Shown one piece after another: positions 11,588-21,356 of a stretch of DNA of 64,000 nucleotides. Position numbers and translations under genes: made by a program. The first letter of the stretch is position 1; the number at the start of each line of letters is the position of its first letter. This stretch comes from an uncultured Smithella sp. (GTDB taxonomy: Bacteria; Desulfobacterota; Syntrophia; Syntrophales; Smithellaceae). The notes beneath the pieces are model-generated. The model was not told the origin of the DNA, did not search any database, and saw nothing but the letters and a program-made list of their open reading frames with translations. The DNA lies in contig CAZIJZ010000010.1 in the NCBI GenBank assembly GCA_964539765.1, forward strand, positions 8,902-72,901, in the 5' to 3' direction.

Positions 11588-11989
11588 ATGGGGATGACGG
11601 ATCCTATTGCCGATATGTTAACCAGAATAAGAAACGGGAACAAAGCTCGTTTCAAAAAAGTTAATGTCAGTGTATCGCAGATGAATGTTAATATTGCCGG
11701 CGTATTGAAAAAGACAGGTTATATTAATAATTTTGAGAAGGTAAAAGATGAAAAAGGCAGGCAGACGCTGGAAATTATTCTTAAATATCCCGACTCGAAG
11801 CGTACGGTTATTACGAATATCAAGCGAGTCAGCAAGCCGGGACGCAGAATTTATGTTCCCGCGGACAGTATTCCCAAAGTCCTGAACGGTCTGGGAATCG
11901 CCATTCTTTCGACTTCCAAAGGAGTCATTACCGACTCGGAAGCCAGAGAATTGAATGTTGGCGGAGAAATTCTCTGTAACGTTTGGTAA
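11588..11989 (+). CDS. rpsH: 30S ribosomal protein S8
   Basis: MGMTDPIADMLTRIRNG matches the conserved S8 N-terminus. Confidence 0.96.
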   Translation: MGMTDPIADMLTRIRNGNKARFKKVNVSVSQMNVNIAGVLKKTGYINNFEKVKDEKGRQTLEIILKYPDSKRTVITNIKRVSKPGRRIYVPADSIPKVLNGLGIAILSTSKGVITDSEARELNVGGEILCNVW

Positions 11990-12025
11990 TTTGAACATTA
12001 TGATAATAAGCAGGAGCTGTGGTTC

Positions 12026-12565
12026 ATGTCGAGAATAGGTAAAAAACCAATAAGTTTTGCCAAGAATGTCAAAATCAGCCAGAGCGCTGATATGATCAAG
12101 GTTGAAGGACCCAAGGGGACTCTTTCTTCTAAATTGCCGGAAGGAATTAATATTAAAATAAACGAGGGCAGCATTTCGGTGGAAAGAAAATCAGAAGAGC
12201 TTGCCGTTCGTTCCTACCACGGTTTGATCAGAACGCTGATCGACAATATGGTGAAGGGTGTTACCACAGGTTTTGAGAAAAAACTGGAAATATCCGGAGT
12301 CGGTTACCGCGCTGAGGCTACCGACAAAAGCCTGAAATTTATCTTGGGATTTTCCAGCCCGGTGCAATACGATATTCCCAAGGGAATAGACGTCAAGGTT
12401 GATAAACAGGTGAGCATTGTTGTTTCCGGTATTGATAAAGAATTAGTCGGAAGAGTCGCGGCAGAAATAAGATCTTTAAGAAAACCTGAGCCTTACAAAG
12501 GCAAGGGTATCAAATATGCTGACGAATATATTAAGCGTAAAGCCGGCAAGTCGGCCAGCGCTTAA
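12026..12565 (+). CDS. rplF: 50S ribosomal protein L6
   Basis: MSRIGKKPI......V..GPKG.L...GVGYRA....L.L.LGFS.P...PEPYKGKGI.Y. Confidence 0.96.
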   Translation: MSRIGKKPISFAKNVKISQSADMIKVEGPKGTLSSKLPEGINIKINEGSISVERKSEELAVRSYHGLIRTLIDNMVKGVTTGFEKKLEISGVGYRAEATDKSLKFILGFSSPVQYDIPKGIDVKVDKQVSIVVSGIDKELVGRVAAEIRSLRKPEPYKGKGIKYADEYIKRKAGKSASA

Positions 12566-12604
12566 TTTGAGAAAAATAATATTTTACCGTAAAGAGGTAG
12601 AAAA

Positions 12605-12970
12605 TTGGCTTCGAAAAAGACATTAAAAATCAGAGAAAAGAGAGAGAAAAGAACAAGGTCGAAACTTGTCGGAACGCAGGAAAGGCCTCGCCTGACCGTC
12701 TTCCGGAGTGACAAACATATTTATGTTCAGGCCATCAATGATGCTCAGGCAAACACTCTGGCTACCGCATCAACGCTGTGCAAGGAAGTAGTGAAAAAGA
12801 TAAAAGATAAAAACAAAACGGATGTGGCCCGGGAAGTTGGTCGGTTGATTGCTGAACGTTTAAAAGCCAAGGGAATTGACAAGGTCGTGTTTGATCGGGG
12901 AAGGTTTCTCTATCACGGGCGTGTTAAAGCTTTGGCCGAAGCCGCCAGGGAAAGTGGTCTGAAATTTTAA
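12605..12970 (+). CDS. rplR: 50S ribosomal protein L18
   Basis: [19 protein letters not shown]......A.AST...VFDRG...[20 protein letters not shown] start. Confidence 0.95.
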   Translation: MASKKTLKIREKREKRTRSKLVGTQERPRLTVFRSDKHIYVQAINDAQANTLATASTLCKEVVKKIKDKNKTDVAREVGRLIAERLKAKGIDKVVFDRGRFLYHGRVKALAEAARESGLKF

Positions 12971-13007
12971 TTTTATTAAATAAAAAAGATAATAAAGGAA
13001 AGAACCT

Positions 13008-13493
13008 TTGGACAAGAAAGAAAAAGAAATGAAAGATATGGAACTCCTGGACCGGGTTGTTGCCATCAACAGAACGGCGAAGGTGGTCAAGGGCGGCAGA
13101 CGTTTCCGTTTCAGCGCCATTGTGGTTGTAGGAGACGGCAATGGAATGATCGGAACAGGATTGGGGAAAGCTCATGAAGTTCCCGAAGCGATCCGCAAGG
13201 GCATGGACATGGCTAAGAAAAATATGGTGAAAGTTGCCGTTGTGGAAAAGACCATTCCTTACGAAGTCATTGGACGTTACGGTGCGGGCAAAGTCCTTTT
13301 AAAACCGGCATCCGCCGGAACGGGATTGATTGCCGGCGGGGCTGTCCGGGCGGTGCTGGAAGTTGCCGGTGTCCACAATATTTTGACCAAATGTCTGGGG
13401 TCTCATAATCCTCATAATCTGGTGAAAGCAACTCTGGAAGGTCTCTGTCAGTTGAAAAATCCGGAAGAGATTGCCGCCCATCGAGGCAAGTAG
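13008..13493 (+). CDS. rpsE: 30S ribosomal protein S5
   Basis: [42 protein letters not shown]. Non-ATG start. Confidence 0.95.
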   Translation: MDKKEKEMKDMELLDRVVAINRTAKVVKGGRRFRFSAIVVVGDGNGMIGTGLGKAHEVPEAIRKGMDMAKKNMVKVAVVEKTIPYEVIGRYGAGKVLLKPASAGTGLIAGGAVRAVLEVAGVHNILTKCLGSHNPHNLVKATLEGLCQLKNPEEIAAHRGK

Positions 13494-13524
13494 TTCTGTC
13501 AATTATACGGTGAGGTAGATAAAC

Positions 13525-13713
13525 GTGGGTAAGATGTTAAAAATAACAAAAGTAAAAAGTGTCATCGGGCGTCCCGAAAAACAAAGGAAAATTTTACGGG
13601 GCATGGGCCTGACCAAATTAAATAAAACAGTAACTTTAGCTGATACACCGCAGATACGCGGCATGATCAACAAAGTTATTCATTTAGTGTCCGTGGAAGA
13701 GTCAAAGGAGTAA
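13525..13713 (+). CDS. rpmD: 50S ribosomal protein L30
   Basis: [30 protein letters not shown] is the L30 pattern. 62 aa. GTG start. Confidence 0.93.
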   Translation: MGKMLKITKVKSVIGRPEKQRKILRGMGLTKLNKTVTLADTPQIRGMINKVIHLVSVEESKE

Positions 13714-13716
13714 AAT

Positions 13717-14163
13717 ATGGATCTGAGTTCGTTAAAAGTTCCCGCCGGCGCGACAACAAAACGCAAGCGTGTTGGACGGGGAAATGCTTCCGGTCATGGT
13801 GGTACATCCGGCAAAGGCCACAAGGGGCAGAAGGCTCGTTCCGGCGGAAAAGTAAGAATGGGATTTGAAGGCGGACAAATGCCGATGGCGCGGCGTTTAC
13901 CCAAACGCGGCTTCCGCAATCCTTTCCGGGAGAAATTTGTCGCGGTAAACATTCTCGATTTATGCCGAAAATTCGGCAAAGGCGCGGTTATTGATGAAGC
14001 GGCTCTTGTGCAAAATGGTATTGTCAAAAAAGAAGGAAGTAATATCAAAATTCTGGCCAAGGGCGAGATTGATTTTCCCGTTACGTTAAAGATAGCCAGA
14101 ATCAGCCCGGCCGCGAAAAATAAAATTACCGCTGCGGGCGGTTCAGTAGAAGAGGTAATCTAA
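13717..14163 (+). CDS. rplO: 50S ribosomal protein L15
   Basis: [27 protein letters not shown]....[16 protein letters not shown]. Confidence 0.96.
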   Translation: MDLSSLKVPAGATTKRKRVGRGNASGHGGTSGKGHKGQKARSGGKVRMGFEGGQMPMARRLPKRGFRNPFREKFVAVNILDLCRKFGKGAVIDEAALVQNGIVKKEGSNIKILAKGEIDFPVTLKIARISPAAKNKITAAGGSVEEVI

Positions 14164-14164
14164 G

Positions 14165-15472
14165 TTGTTAGAAGGGCTGGGCGGCGTATCTAAAATTCCG
14201 GAACTGCAAAGAAGGATTTTATTCACAATCCTTCTTTTGGGGGTTTATCGTATTGGTGTTTATATTCCCACGCCCGGAATTGATAATGTGGCTTTACTGG
14301 CTTATTTCGATCAGGCCAAAGGCTCTTTGTTCGGTCTGATGGATATGTTTGCGGGTGGCGCTTTCAGTAATTTTTCTATTTTTGCACTGGGCATTATGCC
14401 CTACATCAGTGCTTCGATTATTTTACAGTTGCTCACTATTGCCGTTCCCCATTTGGAGCGACTTTCCAAGGAAGGCGAATCGGGCAGACGAAAAATCACG
14501 CAATACACCCGTTACGGCACTGTTCTTTTAAGTATGATCCAGGGCTTTGGGATTGCTTTCGGTTTGCAGCAGATGGCCGGACCTTCAGGAGCCCCGATTG
14601 TTATGAACCCGGGTATCGGGTTTGTTCTCATGACGATGATTACGCTGACATCCGGCACGTCCTTTATTATGTGGCTGGGTGAAGTCATTACGGAAAAGGG
14701 TATCGGTAACGGCATATCGCTGATCATTTTTGCCGGCATTGTTTGCCGGATACCGGCGGCGATCGGCAATACATTCCGATTGGCGACAGCCGGTGAACTG
14801 GGCGTGCTGATCATTTTGTTAATTACCGTTTTAATGGTGGCGGTGGTTGGCGCAATTGTTTTTGTGGAAGGCGGTCAGCGTCGGATACCCGTTCAATACG
14901 CGAAAAGAGTTGTCGGTCGGAAAATGTATGGAGGGCAGACAACGCACCTGCCTCTGAAAGTGAATACGTCCGGAGTCATTCCGCCGATTTTTGCTTCGTC
15001 CGTGATCATGTTTCCGGCAACGATTGCCAATTTTGCTCCGCAGACGTGGATGAAAGATATTGCGGCTTATCTGGTTCCCGGAAGGTTCGCATATGAGCTG
15101 CTTTATGTGGCTTTTATCTTTTTCTTCTGTTTCTTTTATACGGCGGTTACCTTCAAACCGGATGATGTTGCGGAAAACATGAAGAAGTACGGCGGTTATG
15201 TGCCGGGAATCAGACCGGGAAAGAAAACCGCGGAATATATTGAAAACGTCTTGGAGAAATTGACATTCAGCGGTGCTATCTACGTTTCCATCGTTTGCGT
15301 GCTGCCGAGTGTTTTGATTGCTCAGTTAAACGTTCCGTTTTATTTCGGTGGAACGGCGCTCTTGATTGTTGTTGGCGTGGCGATGGATACGGCCAGTCAG
15401 ATTGAATCGCATCTCTTGACCCGGCAATATGAAGGATTCATGAAAAAGGGCCACATTGCCCGGAGGAGATAA
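14165..15472 (+). CDS. secY: Preprotein translocase subunit SecY
   Basis: 435-aa polytopic membrane protein. IPELQRRILFT...LGIMPYISASII.QLL...GEVITE.GIGNG.SLII. Position after rplO. Confidence 0.96.
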   Translation: MLEGLGGVSKIPELQRRILFTILLLGVYRIGVYIPTPGIDNVALLAYFDQAKGSLFGLMDMFAGGAFSNFSIFALGIMPYISASIILQLLTIAVPHLERLSKEGESGRRKITQYTRYGTVLLSMIQGFGIAFGLQQMAGPSGAPIVMNPGIGFVLMTMITLTSGTSFIMWLGEVITEKGIGNGISLIIFAGIVCRIPAAIGNTFRLATAGELGVLIILLITVLMVAVVGAIVFVEGGQRRIPVQYAKRVVGRKMYGGQTTHLPLKVNTSGVIPPIFASSVIMFPATIANFAPQTWMKDIAAYLVPGRFAYELLYVAFIFFFCFFYTAVTFKPDDVAENMKKYGGYVPGIRPGKKTAEYIENVLEKLTFSGAIYVSIVCVLPSVLIAQLNVPFYFGGTALLIVVGVAMDTASQIESHLLTRQYEGFMKKGHIARRR

Positions 15473-15484
15473 CGGAAGATTATC

Positions 15485-16234
15485 ATGGTGATTCTGAAGC
15501 TTCCGGATGAAATTGAAAAAGCAAGAGCGAGCAACCGTATCGTTGCAGAGGTTTTAAGCAGACTGAGAGAAAAAGTCAAACCGGGTGTCAAAACAAAAGA
15601 CCTGGATAAGTTTGCCGAGGAGATCGCGGAAAAAAGAGGAGCCAAACCGGCATTTAAAGGTTACCATGGTTATCCGCACGCGCTGTGCATATCGATAAAC
15701 GAAGTGGTTGTGCACGGCATGCCTTCAGAGCGGGTGCTCATGGAAGGAGACATTGTCGGACTTGATTTTGGTGTTTGTTACCAGGGCTTCTACGGTGACG
15801 CAACCATAACATTGCCGGTGGGCCGGGTGACGGACAGAGCCTTAAGGCTGATGCAGGTTACCGAACAGAGCTTATACGCCGGTATAGAGCAGGCGAGGCC
15901 AGGCAACCGATTGGGCGACATATCTGCCGCTGTTCAATCTGTGGCGGAAGATGCAGGATATTCGGTGGTTCGAGACTTTGTCGGTCATGGGATAGGAAAG
16001 AATCTGCACGAGGAACCGCAGATTCCCAATTTCGGACAAAAAGGTCGCGGGATTGAATTGAAAAGAGGAATGATTCTGGCGATTGAACCGATGGTAAATG
16101 AAGGCCATTACAAGGTTCAGATTCAGCCGGATGGCTGGACGGTGGTAACAAAAGACGGAAGTTTATCGGCTCATTTTGAACATTCGATAGCGATCACGGA
16201 AAATGGTCCTGACATATTAAGTAAATTGAACTAG
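15485..16234 (+). CDS. map: Type I methionine aminopeptidase
   Basis: FKGY.GYP...C.S.NE.V.HG.P....L..GDIV.LD......G..GD...T..VG...FVGHGIG...HE.P. 249 aa. It follows secY directly, with no adk between. Confidence 0.95.
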   Translation: MVILKLPDEIEKARASNRIVAEVLSRLREKVKPGVKTKDLDKFAEEIAEKRGAKPAFKGYHGYPHALCISINEVVVHGMPSERVLMEGDIVGLDFGVCYQGFYGDATITLPVGRVTDRALRLMQVTEQSLYAGIEQARPGNRLGDISAAVQSVAEDAGYSVVRDFVGHGIGKNLHEEPQIPNFGQKGRGIELKRGMILAIEPMVNEGHYKVQIQPDGWTVVTKDGSLSAHFEHSIAITENGPDILSKLN

Positions 16235-16256
16235 TTTTTGATAATGAAAAGGAAGT

Positions 16257-16475
16257 ATGGCCAAAGAGGAAGCAATAGAAGTTGAAGGTAGAGTGATTGA
16301 GCCCCTGCCCAATGCCATGTTCCGGGTGGAACTGGAAAACGGACACAAGGTGCTGGCCCATATATCCGGTAAGATGCGTATGCATTTTATTAAGATCCTG
16401 CCGGGGGATAAAGTTACGGTAGAGCTTTCACCTTATGACTTGACCCGGGGCCGAATTACTTACAGGACGAAGTGA
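16257..16475 (+). CDS. infA: Translation initiation factor IF-1
   Basis: [40 protein letters not shown]...[20 protein letters not shown]. Confidence 0.97.
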   Translation: MAKEEAIEVEGRVIEPLPNAMFRVELENGHKVLAHISGKMRMHFIKILPGDKVTVELSPYDLTRGRITYRTK

Positions 16476-16508
16476 AAACATTTTTACTGAAAATGAGGAG
16501 TTAAGATC

Positions 16509-16622
16509 GTGAAGGTGAGATCGTCAGTTAAAAAAATATGCGAGAAATGCAAAATTGTCAAACGCAAAGGTGTCTTGCGGGTGATTTGTGAAAACCCCAA
16601 GCACAAACAGCGTCAGGGATAG
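16509..16622 (+). CDS. rpmJ: 50S ribosomal protein L36 (zinc-ribbon form, 37 aa)
   Basis: Not in the ORF track because it is under 60 aa. The GTG at 16509 translates to [37 protein letters not shown]. This is classic L36 with a C..C...C....H pattern. GGAG lies upstream. Confidence 0.93.
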   Translation: MKVRSSVKKICEKCKIVKRKGVLRVICENPKHKQRQG

Positions 16623-16647
16623 TTTTTAAACATTCAGGAGGTTATAG

Positions 16648-17016
16648 GTGGCACGAATTTCAGGTGTTGATTTACCGAAAAATAAGAGAATGGAAGTTGC
16701 TTTAACTTACATTTACGGCATCGGGCCGGCTAAGGCGAGGCAGATCCTTAAAAATTCCGGAGTCAGCCCGGATACAAGAACAGATGATCTGGCCGATTCG
16801 GAAATATCAGCAATCAGAAGTATCATTGACAAGGATCACAAGGTAGAGGGTGATCTGCGCAGAGATACATCCATGTCCGTCAAGCGTCTGATGGATATCG
16901 GAACTTACCGGGGTTTGCGGCATCGCAAAGGACTTCCCGTAAGAGGTCAGAGAACCCATACGAACGGACGAACCCGAAAAGGTCCGCGCAGAGCGATTGC
17001 AGGCAAGAAAAAGTAA
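16648..17016 (+). CDS. rpsM: 30S ribosomal protein S13
   Basis: [13 protein letters not shown]...LTYIYGIG...A..I...[24 protein letters not shown] start after AGGAGG. Confidence 0.96.
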   Translation: MARISGVDLPKNKRMEVALTYIYGIGPAKARQILKNSGVSPDTRTDDLADSEISAIRSIIDKDHKVEGDLRRDTSMSVKRLMDIGTYRGLRHRKGLPVRGQRTHTNGRTRKGPRRAIAGKKK

Positions 17017-17042
17017 TTTAATTATTTCCAGCTGGAGGCATA

Positions 17043-17435
17043 ATGGCTAAAGCAGTCAGAAAAACTGGCAAGAAAAAAGAAAAGAAAAATATCACTGAGG
17101 GTATTGCGCATATTCAGTCGACGTTTAATAATACAATCGTTACCATAACCGATATGAGCGGTAATGTCATCGCGTGGTCGTCATCAGGATTGCAGGGCTT
17201 CAAGGGATCGCGCAAGAGTACGCCTTTTGCAGCGCAGATGGCCGCGGAAGATGTTGTTCGCAAGGCCAAAGAACAGGGAATGCGCAAGGTCCAGGTTTAT
17301 ATCAAGGGACCCGGAGCGGGACGGGAATCGGCCCTGCGGTCGTTGCAGATAGCCGGTTTAACGATAACTTTGATTCGCGATGTGACGCCTGTTCCGCATA
17401 ACGGATGTCGGCCGCCGAAACGTCGCCGGGTGTAA
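17043..17435 (+). CDS. rpsK: 30S ribosomal protein S11
   Basis: [20 protein letters not shown]...[21 protein letters not shown]...[13 protein letters not shown]. Confidence 0.97.
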   Translation: MAKAVRKTGKKKEKKNITEGIAHIQSTFNNTIVTITDMSGNVIAWSSSGLQGFKGSRKSTPFAAQMAAEDVVRKAKEQGMRKVQVYIKGPGAGRESALRSLQIAGLTITLIRDVTPVPHNGCRPPKRRRV

Positions 17436-17481
17436 ATATCAATGAATAATATTAATTTAAAGGAAATATAGGGAGGCTTTT

Positions 17482-18111
17482 TTGGCAAGATATACGGATT
17501 CCTCATGCAGATTGTGTCGCCGTGAAGGACTAAAACTTTTTTCCAAGGGCGACAGGTGTTATTCGGAAAAATGTTCCTTTGAAAGAAGGGATTATGTTCC
17601 GGGTGATCATGGTCAGATGCATAAGAAACAGCGTTCTGATTACGGTGTTCAGTTGCGGGAAAAACAAAAGCTCAAAAGAATGTACGGGCTTTTGGAAAAG
17701 CAATTCAGAAGTTATTTTGAAAAGGCAGATAAGCAAAAGGGTATTACCGGTACGAATTTACTGGTGCTTCTGGAAAGAAGAATGGACAATATGGTTTTTC
17801 GTATGGGCTTTGCCAATTCCAGAATCGAGGCCAGACAGTTAATCAGTCATGGTCATTTTCTGGTGAATGGCAAACCGGTTAATGTTCCATCGTATTTGCT
17901 TAAAGCCGGGAATGAAGTTAGTGTCAAGGAAGGCAGTCGTCAAATAACCCGTATCATGGGCGCTCTTGAGACGGTCATCAGGCGAGGTGTCCCGCAGTGG
18001 CTGGAGTTGGATAAAGACAATTTCAAGGCCAGGATTAAAACACTGCCGGTGCGGGAAGATTTAACCATGCCGATACAGGAACAGCTTATTGTCGAACTTT
18101 ATTCGAAGTAA
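17482..18111 (+). CDS. rpsD: 30S ribosomal protein S4
   Basis: [23 protein letters not shown]...C......PG.HG......S.YG.QLREKQK. S4 domain at the C-terminus. TTG start. Confidence 0.96.
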   Translation: MARYTDSSCRLCRREGLKLFSKGDRCYSEKCSFERRDYVPGDHGQMHKKQRSDYGVQLREKQKLKRMYGLLEKQFRSYFEKADKQKGITGTNLLVLLERRMDNMVFRMGFANSRIEARQLISHGHFLVNGKPVNVPSYLLKAGNEVSVKEGSRQITRIMGALETVIRRGVPQWLELDKDNFKARIKTLPVREDLTMPIQEQLIVELYSK

Positions 18112-18157
18112 AAATAAACTATTTTCATAAACCAGCAACTAAAGGATGGGTTTAATT

Positions 18158-19126
18158 ATGCAAAGGAACTGGTCAAGTTTGATTCGTCCCAAGCGTATTG
18201 ATGTTGATGAAGCGACACATACGAATTTCTACGGAGAATTTACTATTCAGCCGCTGGAAAGGGGATTTGGAATAACTTTAGGCAACACCCTGAGAAGGGT
18301 ATTGCTTTCTTCCATACAGGGTTCTGCCATTGTTTCAGCGAAAATTGAAGGGGTTTTGCACGAGTTTTCAACAATCCCCGGAGTTAAAGAAGACGTAACG
18401 GATATCATCTTAAATTTAAAGGGTGTTCGCTTTAGACTGGGACAGGCAAACGCGAAAGAAGTGAGTATTGATGTAAGCCGCGTTGGAGAAGTCACGGCCG
18501 CTGATATCATCACGGACGGTACGGTGGAAATCCTGAATCCCGAACATCACATTGCCACCATGTCCAGCGGTTCTTTCAAGGCCAAACTGATGGTTAAGAT
18601 GGGTAAAGGTTATGTGCCGGCTAAAAAAGAACTGGAACCCGATCAGCCCAAGGGGACGATCAATATAGACGCAATTTTTTCTCCGATTAAAAAAGTAAAT
18701 TACATTGTCTCCCACGCCCGCGTCGGTCAGATTGCCGATTATGACAAACTGACGCTGGAAGTGTGGACGGACGGCAGCGTCAAGCCGGAAGATGCCATCG
18801 CTTACTCTGCGAAAATTCTTAAACAGCAGCTGGATGTTTTTATCAATTTCGAGGAAGTTGAAGAGGAAATTGTGCCGGAAAAACAGGACGAGCCGGATAA
18901 CTTGAACAAAGTTCTGTCGCGCTCCGTGGAAGATCTGGAGTTGTCGGTTCGTTCAGCGAATTGCCTGAAAAATGCGGGAATCAACACGATCGGAGAACTG
19001 GTTCGAAAAACAGAAGCGGAAATGCTCAAAACCAAGAATTTCGGACGTAAATCATTGAGTGAGATTAAAGATATTTTAAGTGAGTATGATCTTACTTTCG
19101 GCATGGATATCGATTCTAAGAATTAG
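18158..19126 (+). CDS. rpoA: DNA-directed RNA polymerase subunit alpha
   Basis: The start at 18158 (MQRNW..LIRPK) is chosen by collinearity with alpha N-termini. The ORF-track ATG at 18146 is also possible. PLERGFG.TLGN.LRR.LLSS..G. C-terminal domain: LELSVRSANCLK.A.I.TIGELV. Confidence 0.93.
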   Translation: MQRNWSSLIRPKRIDVDEATHTNFYGEFTIQPLERGFGITLGNTLRRVLLSSIQGSAIVSAKIEGVLHEFSTIPGVKEDVTDIILNLKGVRFRLGQANAKEVSIDVSRVGEVTAADIITDGTVEILNPEHHIATMSSGSFKAKLMVKMGKGYVPAKKELEPDQPKGTINIDAIFSPIKKVNYIVSHARVGQIADYDKLTLEVWTDGSVKPEDAIAYSAKILKQQLDVFINFEEVEEEIVPEKQDEPDNLNKVLSRSVEDLELSVRSANCLKNAGINTIGELVRKTEAEMLKTKNFGRKSLSEIKDILSEYDLTFGMDIDSKN

Positions 19127-19185
19127 AATTTGTGGTAAATTTTGAAATCACATTGTATTATTAAAAGGAAAGAGGTAATTTAACC

Positions 19186-19617
19186 ATGTATCACGGGAAA
19201 GCGGGCAGCAAACTGGGCAGAACTTCCAGCCATAAGGAAGCAATGCTTCGCAATATGGTTACTTCTGTTATTAAACATGAACGTATCCGCACAACAGATA
19301 CCAAAGCAAAAGAACTGAGAAAATTGGCGGAAAAAATGATTACCCTGGGCAAAAAGGGCAGTCTGCACGCCCGTCGTCAGGCTTTGGCGGTTGTCAGAGA
19401 TAAAGAAACGGTCAGCAAGCTTTTCGGTGAACTTACGGAACGCTATCGCAATCGCGCGGGAGGATACACGAGAATCGTCAAGGCCGGTTATCGTTACGGA
19501 GATAACGCTCCGGTTTCCATACTGGAATTCATTGCCGATGAGAAAAAGAAGGAGAAAGCCAAAGCTAAAGGAAAAACCAAGACAAAAGCCAAAACAAAAG
19601 AAAAGGCTGCTGAATAA
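19186..19617 (+). CDS. rplQ: 50S ribosomal protein L17 (with Lys/Ala-rich C-terminal tail)
   Basis: [24 protein letters not shown]...GGYTRI.K...R.GD.A. The tail [25 protein letters not shown] is an extension. Confidence 0.95.
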   Translation: MYHGKAGSKLGRTSSHKEAMLRNMVTSVIKHERIRTTDTKAKELRKLAEKMITLGKKGSLHARRQALAVVRDKETVSKLFGELTERYRNRAGGYTRIVKAGYRYGDNAPVSILEFIADEKKKEKAKAKGKTKTKAKTKEKAAE

Positions 19618-19640
19618 CGTATCCATTCATATAAATTCAA

Positions 19641-19670
19641 AAAAGCGGGGTTTTTACCCCGCTTTTTTTA
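19641..19670 (+). terminator. Rho-independent terminator closing the alpha operon
   Basis: Stem GCGGGGT (19645-19651) / ACCCCGC (19656-19662), loop TTTT, then a T7 run. An A-run sits 5' of the stem, so it could also act bidirectionally. Confidence 0.85.
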
Positions 19671-19801
19671 TGGTTGTTTTTTCACAACAAAAGAAGTATT
19701 TAAAGATAAACGCTGATAAAGCGAAGGGCGACGTTCGTTCCTGCCACCTGAAACTGGCGGAAGAATTCACGCCGGAACATTCATAACAATGGAGGTTGAT
19801 C

Positions 19802-20062
19802 ATGGCAGAAAAAAAAATTGGCGAAGTAATGAAGTTTTTCTCAAAACCTTCAGTGGCCGCGGTGAAAATAACGGACGGGGAACTGAATATCGGTGACAGC
19901 ATCAAATTTTCCGGACACACAACTGATTTTACCGATGTCATCCAATCCATGGAGGTGGATAATAAATCAGTGCCCCAAGCGGTTGCCGGCGATTTTATCG
20001 GTGTCAAAGTTTCCGATCGGGTTCGTCCCGGCGATGAGGTTTTTAAGGTTATTCCGGACTAA
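19802..20062 (+). CDS. Small EF-Tu domain-2-like beta-barrel protein (translation elongation factor-like protein)
   Basis: The ATG at 19802 lies 6 nt after GGAGG (19791-19795). 86 aa. The pattern G.V...FSK..VA.V.IT.G.L..GD.I.F.GHTTDF...I.SM......V..A..GD.IG.KV...VR.GD.V recalls stand-alone EF-Tu domain II homologues. Family assignment is from memory, not a search. Confidence 0.5.
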   Translation: MAEKKIGEVMKFFSKPSVAAVKITDGELNIGDSIKFSGHTTDFTDVIQSMEVDNKSVPQAVAGDFIGVKVSDRVRPGDEVFKVIPD

Positions 20063-20336
20063 TCTCTGCTTTCTGCAAGCCTTCCGACTTTTGCAGTACC
20101 CTTTGACATAAAGTCAACGGGAGTTTACGCGCAAAAAATACTTTTTATGCATCGGTCAAATCATGGCAACAGAGAAAAAGCATTCCTGAACGTGCCGGCA
20201 ATCAATAACTCTTTGAGAAATATTTTTTCGTTCTTCAAATTATTCCATTATTACCGGCCGCAATAATTTATTTTCTGCGTGAGTTGTGATATGAAAACTC
20301 TGTATTCTGAATGTCAAGATTTATCATAGTAAAGTT

Positions 20337-20861
20337 ATGCGTAAAATTATGATGTCACTCTTGATTTTGACTTTAATCTGCTCCTGTTCGGGAAAAAGCG
20401 AAAAAGCGGCGGATTGGGTGAATAAAGCAGATAAGTTATGGGACGGGCAAAAATATACAGATTCGGGAAAGGCTATTGAATACCTGGGTCATGCTATTGA
20501 ACTGCTGCAAACAAACGCCGAACTTTATAATAAAAGAGGAAATGCCTACTATAATATCGGCCAGTATGACCTGGCTGTTGATGACTTCAGCAGGGCCGTT
20601 AACATGGCGCCGAAATATGCCGACGCTTACAATAACAGGGCCAGCGCTTATGTCAGACTTGGTGAAAATCAACGTGCCGTCGAGAACTATAATGAAGCCA
20701 TACGCCTGAACCCCAATCATGCCGTTTTCTATAACAACAGAGGGGTTGTCTCTCTTCTTCAAAACCGGAAAGAATCCGGTTGCCGCGATGTGCAAAAAGC
20801 GTGTGCACTGGGAGATTGCCTGACGATAAAAGAGGCTAAGCTCAAAGGATATTGCCTCTGA
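20337..20861 (+). CDS. TPR-repeat protein, probable lipoprotein
   Basis: Signal peptide MRKIMMSLLILTLICSCSG with a Cys-containing lipobox-like end. At least three TPR units (AELYNKRGNAYYNIGQYDLAVDDFSRAV.., AYNNRASAY...A..NYNEAIRLNP.., FYNNRG). Confidence 0.75.
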   Translation: MRKIMMSLLILTLICSCSGKSEKAADWVNKADKLWDGQKYTDSGKAIEYLGHAIELLQTNAELYNKRGNAYYNIGQYDLAVDDFSRAVNMAPKYADAYNNRASAYVRLGENQRAVENYNEAIRLNPNHAVFYNNRGVVSLLQNRKESGCRDVQKACALGDCLTIKEAKLKGYCL

Positions 20862-20995
20862 TTGGATACAGAACGGTAAATCAAATCTGATGACAAGGCT
20901 AATCACCTCCGCTTCCGAAATCTTCCGGCAGGTCCGTTCAGACTTTTCTTTTTGAAATTAGTCGCGGAAATTCTTCTTTCAAAAATCATAAATAC

Positions 20996-21004
20996 TGCTA
21001 TAAT
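20996..21004 (+). promoter_or_regulatory. Extended -10 promoter element (TGCTATAAT) for the small ORF at 21070
   Basis: TGnTATAAT matches exactly at 20996-21004. Only a weak -35 (CTTTCA region, about 20976). Location is intergenic, 66 nt upstream of an SD-preceded ORF. Confidence 0.4.
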
Positions 21005-21069
21005 ACACAACCAGAAAACAAAATCGGAATTTCAATGCTTGAGGCGATTAAGCGGGAAGGAGAATAGCA

Positions 21070-21174
21070 ATGTTTAGTTCAAAAACAGAAATTGTAACCA
21101 CCGTTGTTATCGTGTTATATCTGATATCATTATTCATGGTGTTACTTAAAGAATTGGGCATATGGACACCATGA
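21070..21174 (+). CDS. 34-aa hydrophobic peptide (candidate small membrane protein)
   Basis: Not in the ORF track. GGAAGGAGA (21055-21063) sits 7 nt before the ATG at 21070. Translation: MFSSKTEIVTTVVIVLYLISLFMVLLKELGIWTP*. It has one predicted TM span and its own terminator at 21201-21227. Confidence 0.45.
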   Translation: MFSSKTEIVTTVVIVLYLISLFMVLLKELGIWTP

Positions 21175-21200
21175 ACATAAATTATAAATATTTTTTATGG

Positions 21201-21227
21201 CAGGGTCAAAAACGGCCCTGTTTTTTT
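21201..21227 (+). terminator. Rho-independent terminator
   Basis: Stem CAGGGTC (21201-21207) / GGCCCTG (21214-21220) with one G-U pair, a 6-nt loop, then T7 (21221-21227). Confidence 0.75.
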
Positions 21228-21356
21228 ATGGATGAGTTGTTTCAGCTTTGGGAAACACTTTTCCCCTTCAGCGTGTGATGAAACATAATTTCCATAGACA
21301 ATATATATGATCAGCATTATTATAGTCATGTAAAGAAAGGATGGCTTAACGACGAG

